This document shows positions 51,921 to 64,000 of a DNA stretch of 64,000 nt, piece after piece. Where the stretch lies: assembly GCF_018977255.1 (NCBI RefSeq), contig NW_024704742.1, positions 23,748,001-23,812,000 on the forward strand. Reading direction: 5' to 3'. Under the pieces are notes generated by a model. That model was not told the origin of the DNA. It saw nothing but the letters and a program-made list of their open reading frames with translations, and made no database searches. A program made the translations under genes and the position numbers. Origin of the DNA: Callorhinchus milii (taxonomy: Eukaryota). Each line of letters starts with the position of its first letter. Position 1 is the stretch's first letter.

Positions 51921-52559
51921 CAAGTAAGAGCAACACATTTCCAAGTCAGTACGGTGAGCGATTTGTGGGGGCAGCCTAGATGTTGTCCAGATCTTGCCAA
52001 AGGCAGTTAAGAGCTACATCAAAGCCAGAAGTGTTGGTAATGGATCTGAACACCAAAATCACAAATGAGCAGTCCCACTCCTGACCTTATGGTGGAGGAA
52101 AGGTTGTTGATGAACCAACTAAAGATGACTGTTGGACACTGCAAGGACACTATCTGAAGGAACCGTTGCAAGTTCTTAGGAGCCATACCTTTATGCTTAC
52201 TCCAGGAATACAAAAGCTGGTGCAATTGTACCTCTGCTATTTTTCATCTACCCCAAATTCTACATGTAGCATTGGTGACCTAGCGTCACACAGCACTCCA
52301 GTCTATGACACTTTATATAAGACAGTGACATTACGTGAAGCTCTGTGCCTTGAATGCTAGCTTTATTTAAGAAATACTTTGATGCTAAGAAGTGTTTCAC
52401 TGGTTTCAATGGAACAGGGGGAGCTGGATGGACAAAGAGGAGCATCCAACCCCAAAACTGGTGCAAGATAACAGCATATGATCATGCACCCCATCCTCAC
52501 CCAATGGTGCACCACCCAATGACCCACCACCTAGTACAGCACCAGCCCATACAGACAGT

Positions 52560-52780
52560 CAGCCACTCTACCCCCACCCTTTGGTACTTCAACCCACATT
52601 CCCTTCACCTCGCTGCCTCGCTTGCCTCCTTCAAGGCACGTCTCAAGACCCTTCTCTTCAACAACGCCTTCGGCCACCTTCCTACCCTCCCTGTTCGGGT
52701 CCAAACCCCTGACTGTCCAGAGCCTTGGGACATCCTTCCAACGTGGAAGGCGCTTTACAAATATAATTTTATAATTGTAG
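52560..52780 (+). mobile_element. L2-A 3' end
   Basis: SLASFKARLKTLLFN, hairpin and tail. Confidence 0.8.
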
Positions 52781-54502
52781 CAAATACCCTAATGGGTAGG
52801 GTGGTCCTGGATAAGCAGCGGGAAGTTTGCCAGATAATGCTTTCAATGGCAAGCTGTGCAGCTGGTACTCCATACTCCAGAAGTACCCCAAAACCCATTC
52901 TGGGTGCCTAAGCCGTAGCTCTTGCCAACCTGCTCTCTGGAAGTAGATCAGCATGGTGCACCCCTCTAGTAGAAATACCTCTTAAAGTCGATCTGTGTAG
53001 ATATCAGGTGAGGCGACTGATAAACTGTAGATTTCCAGCATTTCTCTTTTTATTAGAATTGTTGCGATGAAGTTCCAGGGTGCTGTAATCCTGTAAGCCT
53101 ATCTCCTGGCAGCTCAGTAAGGCTCATTGCCAATATCATCCATCAAACAGACTTGCAGAATTTTCCCATTTAAAGTTACGGACACCCATGAACTTAGAGC
53201 CCAGTACTATAACCCATTTCCTTATTATTTTCAAACGAATGAAATGCATTGTAATATTTGTTGCGTTTGAAGTTTTGCATGAACAAGCAGAGAAAGCAAA
53301 GAAAACTTTGTCTCATGTACTGCTGGAGCTCCCCCCAGTGCCGGCATAGAGTACATACTTGATTAGGAAAAAATAATAATCCTTGCATTTGATATAGCGC
53401 TTTTCACGTCTTCTTGACGTTTCAAAGCGCTTCACAGGATATACTGTAAAGTGAATTGACTGTATATTTGTGGGTGAGAATGCTTATAGTCAAAAGCCCA
53501 CCTTTAGATAATTAATCTGAGACATGAAAGTTCTCATGGTCTTAGCCTTAAAAGCGTTGTCAGAAAATGTGAGATTATGCAAAACGTTGGAAAATTCTTA
53601 AATTCAACTTTAATTTAAATGCCCTTTTTTAAGCACTCAGAGACACTACCCACGTGAAGGGTGCTATATAAATGCAAGTTGTTGTTTTCATCAGTTTTTT
53701 TTAAAACATGAGTGCTGGCAAGTATAATCTTAACACTGGGTTTCCAATGCCTTGAATATTACTGGGACAGACCCAAGTATGTGGCCAAGCGAAAGGCACA
53801 AAGCGTAGGTGTTTGCATTGGAAGTGGCATTTAGAAATTCTTGCATCAATGGAAAGTCTCTTGATTCAGGCCCAAAACCTCTTGCTTGGGTATGTTGATC
53901 ACAAAGTCAAAGTTGATGATGGACAGCTGAGCTGTGCACTTTATTCAACAGTTGTTATACATTGTTAATACTTCTCGACAGTTGTTATGTTGTTATTCTT
54001 CTCCTCCCATTAAAACCATTTAAGACGTTCTGGAATTTCTGCAGTTTCGTCTTCCTGAAATTGCTGGAGTTAACGAAAGTTGATGAAACGATGGAATAGT
54101 CTAAGTCTAATGTTGACACAAATTAAAACAATTATTGCTTCCAGACTCTTTTGTGATGGTGTGCCTATGTATAAATATAATAATAATAAATGTTGCATTT
54201 GGTATAGTACCTTATTACGCCTTTCAGATGTCTCAAAGTGCTTTACAGAATATACTGTAAAGTGAGTTGACTGTACATGTTGTGGGTGAAACGAGGCAGA
54301 CAATATATTATCTGAGATCCAACATCATTAAACTGTAACTGCCCACGATTAACAAGGAGATGAAAAACACTAACAGAAGCTAAGTTCTATTAGTTTGGGA
54401 GGTAAATTACTCTTAGATCAATCATAAGTCTGCCTGCTCAGGTGGACATCAAAGATCCCATGCTGCTATTCGAAAAGAAAGGGGAATTTCTCGCAGTGTC
54501 CT

Positions 54503-56016
54503 CTGGTACCATTCCCACCCTGTTAAAAACCGCCGTCATCACTCCTATCCTTAAAAAAAAACCTCCCTGGACCCATCTCTACTCCCAAACTACTGCCCCA
54601 TCTCCAACCTCCCTTTCCTCTCCAATGCCCTGGAATGAGGTGTTGCTTCCCAGCTTCGCTCCTTCATGAATGCCTCCAATCAGGTTTCCATGCTGCCCAC
54701 AGCACAGAAACAGCCCTGGTCAAAGTGACAAATGACATTCTGTCCATATGCGACCAGGGCTTCCTCTGCCTCCTCGTCCTCCTTGACCTCTCTGCTGCCT
54801 TCGACACCATCCACCACTCTATCCTGATCCACCGCCTCTCCTTTCACCTCAATCTTCATGGCTCTATCCTTGACTGGTTCAGATCCTACCTCTCACACCA
54901 CCTCCATTTCATCTCCACAAACGGTTTCTCCTCCAGCCCCCGGACCATCTCGTGCAGCTTTCCTCAGGGCTCCGTCCTTGGTCCCCTCCTCTTCAATATC
55001 TATATGCTCGCTCTTGGTGACATCATCTGCGGACATGGGGTCAACTTCCACATGCATGCAGATGACACCCAACTCTACCTCTCTGCCTCCATCCTTGACT
55101 CCAGGATCACTGCTGTCCTGACAGAATATCTATCGGACATCAAATCCTAGATGAGAATTGACTTTCTTCAGTTGAACGTGAATAAGACCGAGGCTCTCCT
55201 GATTGGCTCCCGTCAGCGCCTCCTCATCTCAGGTGCTGACAGCATCACCATCCATGGATGCACACTCCACCTTACTAAGCCGGTCCAGAACCTTGGCTTC
55301 TTGTTTGACCCCCAACTATCCTTTCTACTCCACATCCGTTCCATGATCCGCTTTGCCTTTCCACAACATCGCCCGGCTCCACCACTGTCTCGCACCGCAG
55401 GCCACCGAAACCCTCATACGTGCTTTCATTACATCCAGGCTTGACTGTGCAAACTCCTGCTTGTCGGACTCCCCAACTCCTCCCTCCATAGGCTGCAGAT
55501 CATCCAGAACTCTACAGCCCATGTCCTCTCCCGCACCAGGCTCCGTGACCCTATCACCCCCATCCTTGCCCAACTCCACTGGCTTCCCATCACACAGAGA
55601 ATACAGTTCAAGATCCTGGTCCTCACCTTCAAAGCCCTCCATGGTCTTACTCCCCCCCAACCTCTGCGACCTCCTAACCCCCTAACATCCTGCCCGCTCC
55701 CTCTGCTCAGCGGGCTCCGACCTGCTTCACATCCCTGCCTCGTTCGCCCCACTATTGGCGGACGGGCCTTCTGCCACTCTGCTCCCACCCTCTGGAACTC
55801 CATCCCAAAATTCCACCATCTCGCCCCCTCCCTCGCCACCTTCAAGACCCATCTCCAAACCCTCATCTTCGACTGTGCTTTCGATCTCCCTGTTTCCTCC
55901 CCTGCCCTCCACCCTCCCCAGCCCCGAGCACCAGCTCGGATCCATCTGTCCAGCGCCTTGGGACATCCTCCTGACATGAAAGGTGCTATACAAATGTAAT
56001 TTCATTGTCGTTGTTG
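54503..56016 (+). mobile_element. Longest L2-A copy (about 1.5 kb, 5'-truncated RT pseudogene)
   Basis: QSGFHAAHSTETAL...LLDLSAAFDTI...QGSVLGPLLF...HADDTQLY, with stops and frameshifts and a full 3' end. Confidence 0.92.
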
Positions 56017-56151
56017 TTAATACCCCACCCCCCTCTCCCCCCCAAAAAAAAATTGGTCATTCACTTCATGGCAGTTTGTGGGACATTGCTCTGCACAAAT
56101 TAGTTACTGGGTTTGTCCGCAGAACACAGTCACTACACCTTCTAGCATATC

Positions 56152-56460
56152 CAACAACATCAACAAGATTACATTTGTATAGCGCCTTTCATGTTGGGAG
56201 GACGTCCCAAAGCGCTGGACAGTGTACAGCATTTCAGACCCGAGCTGGGGTCAGGGAAGGGAAGTGGGGTGGCCGATGATATAGTCGAAGAGGAGGGTTT
56301 TGAGGCGGGACTTGAAGGAGGCTAAGGAGGGCGCGAGGCCGAGTGATTGGGGGATGGAATTCCAGAGGTTGGGGGCAGAGTAGCTGAAGGCTCTCCCGCC
56401 AATGATGGGGCGGGTGGGTCGGGGGACGTGGAGCAGGCCGGAGCCGGCTGAGCGGAGGGA
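56152..56460 (-). mobile_element. L2-A 3' end
   Basis: GGRAFSYSAPNLWNSIP, tail near 56152. Confidence 0.85.
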
Positions 56461-56780
56461 CACTTTTGGGACGTCCTCCAGATGTGAAAGGTGGTACGCC
56501 AAATGTAAGCATTATTCTAATGAAGTCCCGCGATGCATTTTATTTATTTATTCTTGTAATATTTTTTACTTTTTTAAAAAAAATATATATCAGGGGCCAC
56601 ATTTGAGGGGAGAAACAATTAAACGCGATATTGTATGTACAGTACTGAATATAGCCCTGTGTCTTCCAACCAGCTATGCGGTGCTGTGTGTGCTCAGTGT
56701 CTCCTCGCCCCAGGCACACAGCACCTGGTGTAGTGCAAAGGTGTATGTGTACCTGTATTCCCAGGTAATCCAGGTACACC

Positions 56781-56814
56781 TGCAGTTCCTCTTTATGGAC
56801 GCTAGGGGGCGTAG
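56781..56814 (+). promoter_or_regulatory. CTCF-like site with upstream motif
   Basis: TGCAGTTCC, 6-bp spacer, then TGGACGCTAGGGGGCGTAG. Matches the CTCF upstream (ZF9-11) motif plus core consensus TGGCCACCAGGGGGCGCTA. Confidence 0.65.
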
Positions 56815-58641
56815 CAACTGCAACCAATGCGACTCTTTACCTACCACACACCACACACACACACACTTCATCTTGCAATGTTTCTTTTACTTCAGGGACT
56901 GGTGTGATAGGTATTTTTCTTCTCAACACATGTTTTCCTTTTCAACCTTCCTCACCTTCCAATGGCTTAAAAAATAAACCACAGATCCCTTTCTCCCTCC
57001 CCAAAGCAGAGATGTTAAATTTTTTCCAAAACATAGGTGCACAGACAGGTTAAAAAAGCTACTGTATTTTAGCTCAAACATTTTTTTCATCCTCTTGTCT
57101 TGCAGAAAAAATAATAGTGAGTTAAACACGCATCCCTCAATAAAGGCATTCTTTTATTTAATCTTTTTTTTACAATAACAAAAGCACTGTGAGAAAAATG
57201 TACTTGGCTGAAAAGAAGCGCAATTGCTGTTAAGAGGCCACTTGCATTTTTTTGGCATATTATTGTCAAATATCAAATGCAAGGGCTATTATTATGATTG
57301 CAACACAAATGACACATTTACATTAACAGAGTGCCTTTCACTCAGGAGGACATCCCAATCCACTTAACACGACTGAACAACAAGTTTTGTTGTTCATGTT
57401 GAAATGTGGTTCCTGCACAGATGTCTGCAATGCAAAAACCTGTGGGACCAGATTCCCTGTAGCAGCTCATTATGCCAAACAAACCTTTTACAATTTACTC
57501 TAAACATTAGTTGCAGAGTTTAATGCCCAGTACCTTTTTATTCATCTTGTAGGGAGGGGCATTTTCCATGAATTGATAGACATAAGTTATTTTCAAACCA
57601 TGCCTTTTATTCCTTTTAAAACTGGAAAAAAAGACTATAACAACAACGATAAAAGACTATCCCTTTCCCCCACCAAAGAAAAATGCCAACAAGGGTGTGG
57701 TCAATGCAAAATAAATAGTATTCAATGCTTATCTTGGGAAGAACAAACAAACCTGACTGAAAACTCATGTTTGAGGGTTTTTAAACACAAGCCTGAGCAG
57801 CCTGGGGATAAAGCCAAATTATCTGGTTGCCTGTTGTTGAGCCTCCTCCCTAATCCTACCATTGCATTCCCCCCTCCCTCATACCCCACTGCTTTGATCT
57901 CCCTATTGCCTTCAGTTCCTCTTACTTAAACTAGATTGTTTTTAAAAATAGGTTTAAACATATTGATGCTTTGGGAAGCTATGTATGCAGCAAGTACATA
58001 AAAAAATCACATTATGCAATACAATAAATACAATACAAATTAATTTACATTTATATAACGCATTTCACATCGAGAGGGCATCCTAAGATGTTGGGAGAGC
58101 CCTGCACTGATTCTCTAACCAGGGCAGCTCCACCCCACCTGTTCAGTATGCGGAGGCTGCATTTGTTTTCATGTCAGGATAACCAGAGCATTATTGTATC
58201 TCCAAGCTCAAGGCTGCTTTAAGGTGGGGCTTCTCAAAGTATGAAAGTATTTCCACAATGTACTTTAAAGTATTGCAAGGACTAACTTGCTGAATACTAT
58301 TCAGTGCATTGGATATCTAGAAATGTTTGGGATTCTGAGAACAAGCATCAGTTTGTGAAAGGAAATGTCACTTATTTAACTTCAAGTAATACTTCAAACA
58401 CAATGTTCACCATTCTGGTATTGTGCTCTTTGTTCAAGCCAAATAAAAATTCTTGTTTGTAACGCAATCAATTCCCAGGATATCGTTCAATTGCTTGAGA
58501 CTGAATTGCTGACATAGGCTTCCTAATGTCAGGACTTGTCATGGCCTTAGCCAGAGGGTAAAAACAGGGTGGATGTAATCTTCACTGGGGAAACAACCCA
58601 TTTATTGCAGTCAAACTACCAGGCGTACATGACCTGTAAAC

Positions 58642-58697
58642 TTAAAGTCCAATTTCTGTGCTTGGATCTGAGTTTTGAAAGGACTCCAGGGACAAAC
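58642..58697 (-). CDS. Candidate terminal coding exon (G-LSLESFQNSDPSTEIGL*)
   Basis: Acceptor gattgtttccag|, phase-compatible with 59392, TAA stop. AT-rich downstream region with several minus-strand AATAAA. Confidence 0.33.
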
Positions 58698-59391
58698 CTG
58701 GAAACAATCTGATGTACAAAGTCTGTACGTGGAGTTGGGGGTAGAGGGAGAAAACACTATCTATATCAGAGTTTCCAGAGGTTTAGTTTTATTCCTTTTT
58801 TTTAAAACACACACAGCAAATTTACTACATGTCAAAAAGAATAAGCAAGAGGAAATTCTCTAAACCCCTTGCCGTGTTTAAACCCAGTTGTCTAGAAACT
58901 AGTTTAATTTGTCATTGGAATGCACACTCATCTCCCTGGAAAACACAGGTCAGAAGTAAAAGCTTAGGAATGCAGGGTACATATTGGGGTGGGGGAAGGG
59001 GGGTAGTGCTGGAATTTAACCAAGTAAGACTGCCACTTAAGAATACTTAACAATCAAGAGAACTTAAAAATCAACAGAAATGCTTCCCTCTGCTTGTCCA
59101 ACTAGCACCAGCTCAGCGATTAGAGCGTGGTCTTATATAATTGTATTGACATGAAATGGGAAGAATCAGAATCCCAAATGACAGGACCATTCCAAATCCC
59201 ACTGAGGAGTCAGATTGCCTGGACAGTCATCAATATTTTGGAGTACTGTTTACTGACTCAGATATTGCAGTGGATCTGCCCGACTTACGTATAAGATTCC
59301 TGTGAGAATTCACTTGGCTACACTTTCTCTTTGCTAGCCATGTCATCTCAGAGCCTGCTGGACCCAAGCAAGACCTTATTTATTTCCTTAC

Positions 59392-59513
59392 CTCTCCCCT
59401 GGATGGTAGTCATGGAATGATTTATATCTGCAGTAATCCCCAGTGTCTCAAAGTGAATAAATTGCTCCTTGCTGCTCAACTCATGATTTATATCTGCAAT
59501 ACTTCCCAATATC
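59392..59513 (-). CDS. Candidate exon of an unidentified gene (ILGSIADINHELSSKEQFIHFETLGITADINHSMTTIQGR)
   Basis: Acceptor aattaatttgttttag|, strong donor GAG|gtaagg, open frame. Phase 1 exit matches the 58697 acceptor. No recognisable homology. Confidence 0.4.
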
Positions 59514-59707
59514 CTAAAACAAATTAATTTTCTTCAAAGGAGAGTGAATTTCACAAAGTTTGTGGAAGTTATTCTTTGATTTGTGTGTGAATCAAAAGAT
59601 CCTTTAAACCCCAGAGTGAAAAGAAGGAACAGCAGTATAAATTGAAGTATGCCAGACTCAATTATCCCTTTCTGCAAAGAATATTTCACCTTCAGGGATT
59701 GGCATCA

Positions 59708-60429
59708 TCTATCTTCTTCTTCTATCTTATTTATATATATATAATATATATGCTAATAAAATGACAATGTCTGTCTGCGCTTCAAGAAAGACCTCAATAA
59801 ACGATTGATATAGAAACATGACTTATATCTCATCAGAAAGGTCTTGCATCTGGGAGAGATGTGGGCATATTTGTTTTTGGATGTCTCCTATTGTTTATGA
59901 GTTATTTCAGTTTTGCATTTTTCACTGTCGTTATGCCTGGTGGCCGCTGAGTCAAAGTGGCGCTGTGGCATCGTGCGTCACAGGGCACCTACGTATGTAC
60001 ACCTGCACTGCAGTTACACCTGGTGGCCTTACTACCTAACTGTGGGTTTGTGGCATCCTGCGTCACAAAGCACTCATGTAGCCAAGCGGCAGGAACAAAA
60101 TAAGGAACACAGACGAAGCTAAGCCGCGGCAACAACAACATTACATTTTTAAAGCACCTTTCACGTCGGGAGGACGTCCCAGTGATCATAAATTATACGT
60201 TTATGTTTATCATTATAAAGATGCCTAAGCAAAAATCAAACCTTTCAAGGATAAGTAAAAATGCCAGACAAAAGAGTGAAGGCCCATTAAATGAAACTGA
60301 AGAACAAAGTTCTCCCACAGAAGTCCTCCCAGATGAGTATAGATAAAGATGAAATGTCTGTCTGTGTGTCAACCTACATTCTATATTGGATACTTTGATT
60401 GCAAGTGTAGCTGCAATGGGTACAGCTAG
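59708..60429 (+). mobile_element. Non-autonomous Helitron-like element, copy 2
   Basis: A|TCTATC start followed by a TA-rich stretch, and ggtacagCTAG|T end. Confidence 0.62.
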
Positions 60430-60587
60430 TACTGTATATAGAAAACATAAAGTCTGGTTCTCATTGAGTGAAATTTTCTCTCGTTTTCAGTGAGATATTC
60501 TAGGATGAATACACGCTCAAGAGCAGGTGGAAAGAATTGCTATTAATTCCTTTTCCCCCAATTCTCAAGAGATTAAACCCCTTATCT

Positions 60588-60950
60588 GGAGTCCTGTAAC
60601 TCAGTGGTTAGAGCACTCGCTTCGCAAGCAAGAAAACCTAGATTCAATTCCCAGGCAGGGCGAAATGTTGGGCAAGTTTCCTTACTCCACCTGCCTCTGT
60701 TTACCCAGCTGTAAGTAGGAACCTGGTTGTTAGTCCGTCAGCGGATTGCTTTTCCAGGCGCAATAATCCCTTCAAAAATAAAATAATAATAATAATTTGG
60801 TCACTCAATCCATGACTGTTTGTGGGACACTGCTGTGCGCAATTGGCTGCCGAATTTTGCCCAAAAGATATAGTCAATTCACTTTACAGTACATTCTGTG
60901 AAGCTTTTTAAAGATGTGATAAGGTGATATATCAAATGCAAGGATTATTA
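60588..60950 (+). mobile_element. tRNA-Ala-derived SINE (family B, long variant)
   Basis: Head ggagtcctgtaactcagtggttagagcactcgcttcgcaag, where gcttcgca resembles the Ala-CGC anticodon arm. Possible ttatct TSD. Confidence 0.88.
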
Positions 60951-60964
60951 TCTCTCTCTACCTT

Positions 60965-62220
60965 CTCACTTCTGGCTCATAAGATTGTGGGTTTCAAGCC
61001 CTATGTCTAGATGCAAGGTAATTAATTTAATGGTTGTTTGTGGCACATTACTTTGCACTTTGTATGTCAGCCTGGCTCAGTTTGTAGTACTCTTGTCTCT
61101 GCGTCGAAGATTGTGGGTTCAAACCTTGCATCAGGACTTCAAACCCATATAGGGTTCAAGCCCCATGTCAGGACTTGGAACGCACATAGTCTCTGCTGAT
61201 TCTCCAGTGTGATGCTGGGGGTCTGCTGCAGAGCTGGAGGTACCGCTCCTCAGATGTCAAGTTAAACTGAGGTCCTGCCCAGGTAGACGTTAAAGATCTC
61301 ATAGCACTATTCGAAAAGAGAAAGGAGTTTCTCCCAGTGTCAGGGTCAACAATTCCCCAAATAAAATTGGTCACTTATTCCATGACTTTTGTGAAACACT
61401 GATGTGTGCAAATTGGCTGCTATGTTCGCCAACAAAATAGGATCAGTCACACCACATTACAGTATATCCTGTGAAGCAATTTGAGATGTTTCGAAGATGT
61501 GATAAGGCATTACATCTGTGTTACATGTGTCAGCCTGGCTTAGTGATAGTACTCTCGCCTCTGAGTCAGAACGTTGTGGGTTCAAGCCCCCATCCTGAAA
61601 CATATCGTCTAAGCTATGTGATTCACCTTGTGTCCGGGCCAACAATCTCCCAAATAAAATTGGTCACTCACTTCATGGCTGTTTGTGGGACATTGCTGTG
61701 CGCAAATTAGCTGTGTATTTCACCCACAAAATACACAGACAAACCACTTTACAGTATATCCTGTCTAGCACTTTGAGACATCTCAGTGACGTGATAAGGC
61801 ACTATACAAAATGCAAGGATAATTATTGTTATTATATCAAAAGCTGGGAATATTATTATTATCAAATGGCTGCCGTGTTTGCCTACCACAAGGTCACTAT
61901 GCTTTACAATAAATCTTGTGAAGTGCTTTGAGGTGTCTTGATGATGTGATAAGGCACTATATGAAATGCAAGAATTATTGCTATCTTTCGGGTGATGTTA
62001 AACCAAGGTGCTACCTACATTACAGATCCCGTGACACTGTTTGAAAAAAAGGAGCATCTTGTAGTAACCTGGCCAAAGTAAATTTTTCCTCCATCTCACG
62101 GCAGTGTGTGTGACCTGGCTAAATAACTGCTGTGTTTGGCCGTAGAAAAATTGATGATACCTCACGTGATTACTTGTGAAGCAATTGGAGATACGTTAAC
62201 ATGATGAGGTGCCTTAAATA
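60965..62220 (+). mobile_element. Head-to-tail cluster of Deu-domain SINE copies and fragments
   Basis: Repeated heads (gtcagcctggctcag at about 61066 and 61529) and several tails. Confidence 0.75.
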
Positions 62221-63262
62221 TCCAGTGCTGAAGTCAGAGACTGTCACAATTAACGTGAGATACTTGTGTACCATTTTACTTTATTTATTTCTAGTGTTCT
62301 GAAAATTACTGCAGCGGTTCCCAGGATAATCAACAGAATTAACCTCTTTTGGGATTACCAATCCCCTGGATCATTCCTAAAAATCTGTATTTCAGCTGGA
62401 AATGGGATCAGCTGTGATTTTTCCATAGTATTTCAGCTCTGATCGAAGTGTACACCAGCATGATTGAGTTTGGAGCAATGGGAATGGCCGGAGGAGCTTG
62501 GGAATACCTGTTGCTTTCCTGATACATTAGAACACTAACACATAAGGTTCCTCAGTAATGCTAAGCCTAGCTTTCATTTTACATGTTGATATCTGTTAGA
62601 TCAGTACAATTCCCAACCTTCCCAGGAGTTGTTCCATTAACAAGTGGCCTTGAACCACCTCAGTCATTTCTCGCCATAGATCTATGTTGTGTGAAATGAG
62701 CCATATTTAGGTATAACTGAATACTGAAAATCATTTTGCCTGAAAATCATTTTTTAAAATTTAAATCATTTTTTTAATATAACCTGGTTACCATAAATAG
62801 AGGGAGGGTAAACACACACTAAACCTTCAAGGACTTAATGCATTGTAAACTCAAGGATACTTAGGTAAAATTTCTAGTTATGGAGATTTTTTTTTACACA
62901 GTCATGTGATGCCTTTCACTTTGACACAAGTGGCTCCATCACAGGAAATAGTGATTACATTTATGCAACTTGGCGCATCAAATGTAATTTGAATTACACC
63001 TTGTTATGCAAAATAATGCATAAATAGACAGTCCATTTGCATTATTGAAAATGGGTTATTCCCCCGTGTTGTAATTTTGCAGGTGGGTGCGAGAACTGAA
63101 AATTGTTCGATAATAAAATAAATTAATTGTAGAAGAATATGTGTGTTGTGAGCATTGTATCATTTTGCAGTCAGTTGAAATGTGAACACCAACATCCCAT
63201 GTGAGAGCAGTTGAGCTATTCTGTGTCGGAAACATTTTCTAAGTTCCTTAGGACATTTTTTT

Positions 63263-63480
63263 ACTCCCTTGCTTCTTTCAAGGCCCGTCTCAAAAGAAGA
63301 CCTTCCTCCTCGATCGTGCCTTTGGTCATCTTCCCACCCCCACCTAATCACACATTCTGCCCTCCACCCCTTTTGATAATTCCAAACCCCAGCTCGGGTG
63401 CAAACCTTCACTGTCCAGCGCCTTGGGACGTCCTCCCAATGTGAAAGGCGTTACATAAATGCAATTCATGGTCGTTGTTG
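63263..63480 (+). mobile_element. L2-A 3' end
   Basis: SLASFKARLK, hairpin, tail. Confidence 0.8.
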
Positions 63481-63701
63481 AGAAGCAATACTGTGTATAA
63501 AATGGGACTGTCGTGATGGTTTTGCCAGTTGGTTGCAAGTGGGTGAGGTTGCGTTTCCTATTGTATACAGTACCCCACTTCACCCACTGTATAAACAAAA
63601 ACAATTTGTTACACAGCTGGGAATGAAACTCAACAAAATCACAGTAGGTTCAGAGATCAGGTGGATATGGAGTAGCCTTGCCCCAAGGTTCTAAGGGATT
63701 A

Positions 63702-64000
63702 CTTTTTTTTTGAAAATATATATTTATGTATAAATATAATATTTAGTACAACAGAAATCCAAAACAAACACAACATCTTCTGTTACAATTTTTTCCTTTC
63801 CTCCCGACAAAAAGAACATTCTGTTGTTTACGGTTCATTCCTTCACTGCACACATAGGTTGTGCACATGTTTTTTGGACACTCCCTTTAACACAGTTGGG
63901 AGTTGTCCCTGTGTACACCACATCCATGTTCACGCCCACACACATACGCTGATAAGGTGCACTTGCCTCTTTCGGAAGGCGCCCGATGTGCACCGCAAGT
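63702..64000 (-). mobile_element. Second Tx1 copy, 3' end (cut by the window edge)
   Basis: Reverse complement of about 43100-43376, including the poly-A. Confidence 0.85.

Noticed and set aside
53940..54054. Alternative terminal exon with AATAAA on minus
   Set aside because: Only a moderate acceptor and short frames, with nothing to choose a frame.
54635..55444. Active or domesticated reverse transcriptase
   Set aside because: 5'-truncated with no endonuclease, with stops and frameshifts, and YADD altered (HADD here, YVVD at 36.9 kb).
60588..60665. tRNA-Ala gene
   Set aside because: No matching 3' acceptor stem, and it runs into a SINE body as in other copies.
62340..62525. Possible upstream exon of the orphan gene
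   Set aside because: All minus frames stop before the candidate donors, and a plus-strand reading is equally plausible. Unresolved.

Overview
This is vertebrate genomic DNA. The repeat content (Deu-domain SINEs, tRNA-Ala-derived SINEs, L2, CR1 and Tx1 LINEs) points to a cartilaginous fish; that is an inference. The main gene is SH3D19 on the minus strand, and the ORF track misses it. Six coding exons of the long N-terminal isoform splice with canonical GT-AG sites and consistent phases: 39791-39674, 12457-12412, 3472-3432, 1594-1549, 342-180 and 61-1 (running off the window). They give MMMAEAWLQEEEEEDLRG...HPADRPDRNKPDQAPRSSSQGPLSSIRAAIKRSSSRAAAQIELQRERRRPEITILSAEP...EPPPSYEQVIREINQQQVIVT. 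Exon 1 lies in a CpG-rich promoter bracketed by opposite-skew G/C tandem arrays and a (TATC)n tract. Most other sequence is decayed transposons: two L2 subfamilies, three SINE families, CR1, Tx1, a hAT-like MITE, a palindromic MITE and two Helitron-like elements. To the right of the promoter are phase-compatible minus-strand exon candidates for an unidentified, possibly decaying gene, and a strong CTCF-like site. I found no convincing wholly new biological system. The best leads are a templated 95-bp capture at an L2 junction, Helitron-like elements carrying a captured L2 tail, an apparent SINE/LINE 3' stem-loop swap, candidate alternative SH3D19 exons and promoters, and the orphan exons. Repeat boundaries are approximate and were read by eye.
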